This document shows positions 59,342-64,000 of a stretch of 64,000 nt of DNA, piece after piece; position 1 is the stretch's first letter, and each line of letters begins with the position of its first letter. The notes beneath the pieces were generated by a model. The model searched no databases. It was given only the letters and a program-made list of their open reading frames with translations, and was not told the DNA's origin. The position numbers and the translations under genes are program-made. Origin of the DNA: Candidatus Hadarchaeota archaeon (GTDB lineage Archaea > Hadarchaeota > Hadarchaeia > Hadarchaeales > JAWBSP01). The stretch spans positions 57,337 through 121,336 of the forward strand of contig CAYYWO010000003.1 in NCBI GenBank assembly GCA_964474885.1. Reading direction: 5' to 3'.

Positions 59342-60097
59342 ATGGAGCTTAGGACAACGTCCACCATCATCGATCGGGCTCTTTATAGGTTCAGGGAAGG
59401 TTTGGAAGCGGATGTGATTATTGCAGGGGCTGGCCCCTCCGGGATGGTAGCTGCCAGGCAACTAGCGAGGAAGAATCTGAGGGTCGTGATCTTTGAGAGA
59501 AACCTTTACACGGGAGGGGGACTTTGGGGGGGCGGAATGTTCCTCCCTTGTGCGATCGTGGAGAAAGAAGCCAGCTCAATTTTGACCGAGTGTGGGGTCA
59601 GGTTGAAAGAGGCTGAGGAAGAATTTCTCAGCTTCGATCCTGTGGAGGCGGCGTGCAAGCTTACAGCCTCTGCCATCGATGCGGGTGCACGTATCTTTGT
59701 TGGAATAGCTGTAGAGGACCTGATAGTGAAAGATGGCAGAGTACAGGGTGTGGTTGTGAACTGGACGGCTATTGAGAGGGCTGGGATGCATGTCGATCCA
59801 CTTGGCATCCCAGCTAAAGTAGTGGTGGACGCAACCGGACATGATGCAAACCTCGTCAGAATCTTGAAGCATAAGCTCAGGAAAGATTGGGATATCGGAG
59901 AAGGGCCGATGTGGGCGGAGGCAGCCGAGAGGGACATCATCAACAGAACTGGCGAATTTTTCCCAGGGCTTTTTGTCACAGGAATGGCGGTTGCGTCCGC
60001 CTACAGATTGCCCCGCATGGGACCCATCTTCGGTGGTATGCTTTTGTCAGGGGTAAGGGTAGCGGATCAGATAGCTTCTCACTTGAGCAGAAGGTAA
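59342..60097 (+). CDS. thi4: Thiazole synthase Thi4 family.
   Basis: 'DVIIAGAGPSGMVAARQLA' (FAD/NAD Rossmann), 'GGGMFLPCAIV' and 'VDATGHDA'. Confidence 0.85.
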   Translation: MELRTTSTIIDRALYRFREGLEADVIIAGAGPSGMVAARQLARKNLRVVIFERNLYTGGGLWGGGMFLPCAIVEKEASSILTECGVRLKEAEEEFLSFDPVEAACKLTASAIDAGARIFVGIAVEDLIVKDGRVQGVVVNWTAIERAGMHVDPLGIPAKVVVDATGHDANLVRILKHKLRKDWDIGEGPMWAEAAERDIINRTGEFFPGLFVTGMAVASAYRLPRMGPIFGGMLLSGVRVADQIASHLSRR

Positions 60098-60408
60098 CTG
60101 AAAAGGGAGACAGTTATGTAGACAAGGATTCCAAGGAGTATCGAGATCAGTCCGATTCTCTCGGTGGCGTAGTAAACAACGGACAGGTATAGAAGCCAAG
60201 CGGGTAGCACGAAGAAAAGCCCTAAGATGTAATCACGAACAGGCTGTATCCCCCCTTCAATGTAGACGGTGACGAAAGTCATGACGGTCATAGCAGGAAA
60301 CATGGCGACGAAAGCTGCTACCCACCCCCTTCCCTGCGAGCCCAAATAGGTCACCAAGGCTATCACTGTCCCCCCTACCACAAAATAAAGCAGGTATCTT
60401 TCGAGCAT
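60079..60408 (-). CDS. Small membrane protein (3 TM helices).
   Basis: Hydrophobicity pattern only. Confidence 0.3.
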   Translation of the reverse strand: MLERYLLYFVVGGTVIALVTYLGSQGRGWVAAFVAMFPAMTVMTFVTVYIEGGIQPVRDYILGLFFVLPAWLLYLSVVYYATERIGLISILLGILVYITVSLFSYLLLK

Positions 60409-60467
60409 TCTAATCCAATTTCCTCATGCAGCAATTTTTAGCACCATAGTAGCTGTAACTTCATTTT

Positions 60468-61394
60468 TTGATGCCAGCCAACCTCCCGCCTGAGTACCTC
60501 AAGGTTGAGGAGGAGTACAGGCGAGCTAGGACTCTCGAAGAGAAACTGAGGCTGACGGAGGAGTTGATCAGGCTGGCGCCGAAACACAAGGGAACCGAAA
60601 AGCTTCTGAAGATGCTCAAGCAAAGGGTGAAGAAGCTCCGCCAAGAGATGGAAAGTAAAAAATTGAAGAAAACGGGGGCAGCGATATCTTTCGCCATCAG
60701 GAAAGAGGGTGCGGGTCAAGTAGTTTTGCTTGGACTGCCCAATTCGGGAAAATCCACTCTACTGGCCCGTCTCACCTCAGCGAAACCAAAAATAGAGGAG
60801 CACCCCTTTACTACGGTTAGACCCATCCCCGGAATGATGAACTACGAAGATGTACGGATCCAACTGGTCGAGGCTCCTGCGATCATTGAGGGCTCAGCAG
60901 AGGGGAAGGGTTTTGGTTTGGCCCCGTTGAGCCTTGCTAGGACAGCAGATGCCGTGCTATTGGTTGTGGAGGCACCCGATGCTTCAAGGCAGCTTTCGGT
61001 TTTGCTTGGCGAGTTGAAGAAGGCCGGAGTAGATTTGGATCTGGAGCGTACGGCAGTCGTATTAACAAAGTGCGGCAATTTCCCAGCGGAAAGCTCATTC
61101 TCAGATTTCAAAGTGTTTCGGTGGGATGATCCGTCTCTTCCTAAGCACATCTTTCAGCTTCTAAATGTGATCAGGGTTTACACGAAGAAACCGGGGGAGA
61201 GTCCAGTCGATAAGCCTATGATACTCCCAAAGGGCTCAACGGTTTTGGACGCCGCCGAGAGGATACATAGGGAGTTCGCGGAAAAACTCTCATTTGCGAG
61301 AGTTTGGGGATCCTCCCGTTTTCCGGGTCAAAGAGTCTCAAAAGATTACGTGCTGGCGGATGGAGATATCGTAGAGTTCCACTTGAAAGGTTAA
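60468..61394 (+). CDS. Obg/DRG-like GTPase with a C-terminal TGS domain.
   Basis: G1 'GLPNSGKSTLL', G2/G3 'FTTVRP', 'LVEAPAIIEG', and the C-terminal TGS region ('VYTKKPGE...DGDIVEF'). Confidence 0.6.
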   Translation: MMPANLPPEYLKVEEEYRRARTLEEKLRLTEELIRLAPKHKGTEKLLKMLKQRVKKLRQEMESKKLKKTGAAISFAIRKEGAGQVVLLGLPNSGKSTLLARLTSAKPKIEEHPFTTVRPIPGMMNYEDVRIQLVEAPAIIEGSAEGKGFGLAPLSLARTADAVLLVVEAPDASRQLSVLLGELKKAGVDLDLERTAVVLTKCGNFPAESSFSDFKVFRWDDPSLPKHIFQLLNVIRVYTKKPGESPVDKPMILPKGSTVLDAAERIHREFAEKLSFARVWGSSRFPGQRVSKDYVLADGDIVEFHLKG

Positions 61395-61417
61395 TTAGCT
61401 GGTCGAGTTTTATTTTT

Positions 61418-61966
61418 ATGCCGCTTCGACCAGGAAAGTGCTACAGGCACTTCAGCGGTCCCCCCTACACGAGAAAAGAGTTCATCAAGGACTTTCCACC
61501 CATGAGAATCCAGCTATTTGACATGGGAAATCCCTCAGGGGATTTTCCGCTGGAACTCACTTTAAGGGTTCTGGGCACTGGTCAAATCAGACACAACGCT
61601 CTAGAGGCGGGGAGGATGGCAGCCAACAGATACTTGGAAAAAATCGTTGGGAAGAGTAACTATCACTTCAAGATTAGAGTGTACCCACATCACATTCTGA
61701 GAGAACATTTGCTGGCTGTAGGAGCAGGAGCGGATCGGGTTTCCCAAGGTATGAGACAGGCCTTTGGGAGGGCATGTGGAACCGCAGCTAGGGTTGAGAG
61801 TGGTCAGCCCATCGCTACGATTCGAACAAAGGAAGAATTCGCGGAGGCGGCAAAGGAGGCACTAAGAAGAATGGCCCATAAGCTACCTTTCAAGTGCAGA
61901 GTTGAAGTTAAAACTAAAGCAAGTGGGCCAGAATCTGGTAAAGAACCCTCGCAGCAGCAAAACTAG
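61418..61966 (+). CDS. rpl10e: Ribosomal protein uL16 (L10e).
   Basis: 'MPLRPGKCYRHFSGPPYTRKEFIKDFP' is the L10e N-terminus. The start is trimmed to ATG 61418. Confidence 0.85.
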   Translation: MPLRPGKCYRHFSGPPYTRKEFIKDFPPMRIQLFDMGNPSGDFPLELTLRVLGTGQIRHNALEAGRMAANRYLEKIVGKSNYHFKIRVYPHHILREHLLAVGAGADRVSQGMRQAFGRACGTAARVESGQPIATIRTKEEFAEAAKEALRRMAHKLPFKCRVEVKTKASGPESGKEPSQQQN

Positions 61967-62759
61967 CACAGCCGTTGTCGAAAGGGGGACAAACCTCTAC
62001 TAGGTCCACTCCACACAGACTCAGGGGACCTAAATGTCGAATGAGTTCCAAGAGCTGTGAAGTTGAAATCCCTCCGGGTTCGGGGCAACTGACACCGGGC
62101 GCGTATGCTGGATCTAGCACATCCATGTCGATTGTCAGGTAAACCTTTTTCGCCTCGGCAACTCCTTTGATTTTTCCTGCAAGTTCTTTTGGATTCGAAA
62201 AATCGCTCAATATTTCTATCTGTTGGTGCTTGATAAATTCTGCCTCCTCCACAGAATACGAGCGCGTTCCAACGAAGATCACGTGATCCCCCCCCATCTC
62301 CTCCACCAGTTGTCTGGCGACAGTAGCGTGGCAAAGTCTTTGGCCAATCCACTCGGACCTGAGGTCGGCGTGAGCGTCAATGTAGATGATGTTCTCAGGT
62401 TTTAGCGCCTTGCAGGCGAAGTACGTCAGCGTGTGCTCGCCCCCCAAAATTACAGGTGTCTTCCCTTCCCTTGAGACACGATTAACCGCATCTTGGATTA
62501 CCTTTCCAGCCTCTTCAAGCTCACTTGGGAGGAAGAGGTCACCCATGTCGTGTATTTTTAGCGACTCGAAAAGGTCCTTTCCGGCACTTGGGACATAGGT
62601 TTCTAAGTTAAAGGAGGCTTCTCGTATCTTTTGGGGAGCGAATCGACATCCGGTTCGGTAGGTGGAAGTGAGGTCAAGGGGAATACCTAGGATTACAATA
62701 TCTGACGATTGATAGTCGGTCTCAAAACCCCCAAAGGGAGGCTTGATCGGGATCCACAT
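61914..62759 (-). CDS. speB: Agmatinase (arginase family).
   Basis: 'ILGIPLDLTSTYRTGCRFAP', 'IYIDAHADL' and 'LTIDMDVLDPAYAPG' are the Mn-binding motifs. Confidence 0.8.
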   Translation of the reverse strand: MWIPIKPPFGGFETDYQSSDIVILGIPLDLTSTYRTGCRFAPQKIREASFNLETYVPSAGKDLFESLKIHDMGDLFLPSELEEAGKVIQDAVNRVSREGKTPVILGGEHTLTYFACKALKPENIIYIDAHADLRSEWIGQRLCHATVARQLVEEMGGDHVIFVGTRSYSVEEAEFIKHQQIEILSDFSNPKELAGKIKGVAEAKKVYLTIDMDVLDPAYAPGVSCPEPGGISTSQLLELIRHLGPLSLCGVDLVEVCPPFDNGCASFAAARVLYQILAHLL

Positions 62760-62768
62760 CTTCCCTCT

Positions 62769-63278
62769 CTAGGTCAGAACTTTTAGTCCAGTCACCGCAC
62801 CCAAGGTTATCAATCCTGCGGCGTACACTCCGAGTGCGATGGCAGCAGCTGATTTTTTCCTGTCCAGATCCAGCAAATAAGCGATGAGCGTGCCAGTATA
62901 AGCCCCAGTGACGGGCAGAGGTACAGCAATAAAGGCTACTAAGGCAGGAAACGTCCAATTTCTTTTGCTAGCCTTTTGCGAGGCATAGTCCACCAGTTTT
63001 CCGATGAACTCTATCTTCCCTCGCAGAGGAGGGAAGAGCAGATCCATAAAACCATAAACGGCGGGAATCACGAGCAGATTAAGACTCGTGCACAGTAGGT
63101 ATGCCCGAAAAGGGGAGTACCCTCCCAACTCGATCGAGAGGGGTATTGCATACCTTGATTCTATGAAAGGAGCTAGAGAAAGAAGCGGGAGCGCTATTTC
63201 TAAGCCCAACTTGTAGGCAAAGAGAAAAAAGCAACCAGCAATCAGTAGGGCAACCCCTACAAGGTCAGTCTTGTTCAT
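62769..63278 (-). CDS. Polytopic membrane protein of unknown function.
   Basis: Four or five TM helices. The start is trimmed to M33 ('MNKTDLVGVALL'). Confidence 0.35.
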   Translation of the reverse strand: MNKTDLVGVALLIAGCFFLFAYKLGLEIALPLLSLAPFIESRYAIPLSIELGGYSPFRAYLLCTSLNLLVIPAVYGFMDLLFPPLRGKIEFIGKLVDYASQKASKRNWTFPALVAFIAVPLPVTGAYTGTLIAYLLDLDRKKSAAAIALGVYAAGLITLGAVTGLKVLT

Positions 63279-63437
63279 CACAATTTCTGATGGTCTTCTA
63301 AACTGAGCTAAGCAACGAAATGCGGGTAGAGGAATGGGGATAACCGATTCTGGGCTTTTTCGAGAGGTGCCCAAGATTCCGGGAGATACGATTGAATAGA
63401 AATGCCAAATGCCTAAAGGTGGCAGAGCGAAATTTTT

Positions 63438-63512
63438 GGGGCCGTGGGGTAGCCTGGACTAGCCTACCAGCTTGGGGTGCTGGTGACCTGGGTTCGAATC
63501 CCGGCGGCCCCA
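63438..63512 (+). tRNA. tRNA-Pro (anticodon GGG).
   Basis: A hand-folded cloverleaf: acceptor GGGGCCG/CGGCCCC, anticodon stem CCAGC/GCUGG with loop UUGGGGU (U33, G37), T loop UUCGAAU. Confidence 0.8.
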
Positions 63513-63562
63513 CCTCAAAAAGTAAAGAAAAAAATATGGATGGTTTGTTTTGAGATCGGTAG

Positions 63563-64000
63563 GACCGGGGGGATGTGGATTTGGTTCGTTGGCATGTTCA
63601 TACTTTTCTTCCACATTTTTTTGACGCAGTCACGCAAGGAAATCAAGTCTATTGCCCTGGCAGTTCCGCCCTCCTTCCTTTTGGTTTTACCTTTCTACAG
63701 GTTCAACCTTGAAGATTACTTGGCAGATGCACGTTTTTTCGTAGATCTCTGTTTGCAGAATCTGAATTGGGTAGCCCTTGGTGTTTTCCTTCTCTCCATA
63801 GAATTCGCCATCATGTGGATATCCTCCTCAAAGATGGAGAGGGAAGTGTACAGACATTTCGGTCATCTAACTGGCATATTGTTGGTTGCATACTTCCTGG
63901 CAATAAACGAGGATCTGGCTTACATGGTACTGTGCTTTTACATAGCATGCTTCTGTCTAGGCACGTACTTTAGGTATGCCCCCTTCGCTTCCCCCGAGTT
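63563..64000 (+). CDS. Partial CDS (5' end) of a hydrophobic membrane protein that continues beyond the window.
   Basis: An ATG at 63563 opens a 146-codon frame with no stop up to the window edge ('MWIWFVGMFILFFHIF...'). It is absent from the track because it has no stop. Confidence 0.3.

Noticed and set aside
59267-59461. Minus-strand ORFs overlapping the tRNA genes (59267-59461 and 63298-63513).
   Set aside because: They overlap well-folded tRNAs and the Thi4 start, so they are spurious.
59240-63512. A genomic island bounded by two tRNA genes (tRNA at 59240 and tRNA-Pro at 63438).
   Set aside because: The intervening genes are housekeeping (Thi4, GTPase, L10e, agmatinase). No integrase, direct repeats of the tRNA 3' end, or compositional shift were seen.

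Overview
This 64 kb window appears to be chromosomal DNA from an archaeon, probably of the TACK group, with about 55% GC. Supporting this are archaeal/eukaryotic-type ribosomal proteins (L44e, S27e, L10e), aIF2alpha, Nop10, Alba, a thermosome, an RtcB-plus-archease pair, a eukaryotic-type topoisomerase IB and Thi4. The window is mostly housekeeping genes, dense and often overlapping.

The main blocks are:
- A surface-protein and transporter region (CARDB-repeat protein, MMPL transporter).
- A DNA ligase.
- A carbohydrate block of GH51, LmbE, PHP, GT4, GH65 and beta-PGM, flanked by two AT-rich intergenic regions that share palindromic motifs.
- rtcB carrying a LAGLIDADG intein, with archease upstream.
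- The L3-L4-L23-L2-S19-L22-S3-L29-SUI1-Rpp29-S17-L14-L24 ribosomal operon, followed by PfpI, mtaD and ahcY.
- A divergent aromatic amino acid cluster (chorismate mutase, GHMP-type shikimate kinase, aroC).
- gatD, argS, aspS, a porGDAB plus nfnAB ferredoxin-redox cluster, Thi4, agmatinase and two tRNAs.

The most unusual locus is at 32.7-40.0 kb. It is a non-canonical type IV filament module with a class-III-signal pilin, an ArlH(FlaH)-like KaiC ATPase with a degenerate Walker A, a small Zn-ribbon ORF, a MinD/ParA (TadZ/CpaE-like) ATPase, ArlI/FlaI-like and ArlJ/TadC-like proteins, and an anchored beta-propeller surface protein. No ArlF/G/X/CDE genes are present.

A second unexplained element is a roughly 600 nt GC-rich non-coding region at 12.4-13.0 kb. 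It has two roughly 77 nt hairpin-like repeat units and a 5S-loop-C-like motif, and is a candidate structured ncRNA.

No CRISPR array, integrase or transposase was seen.
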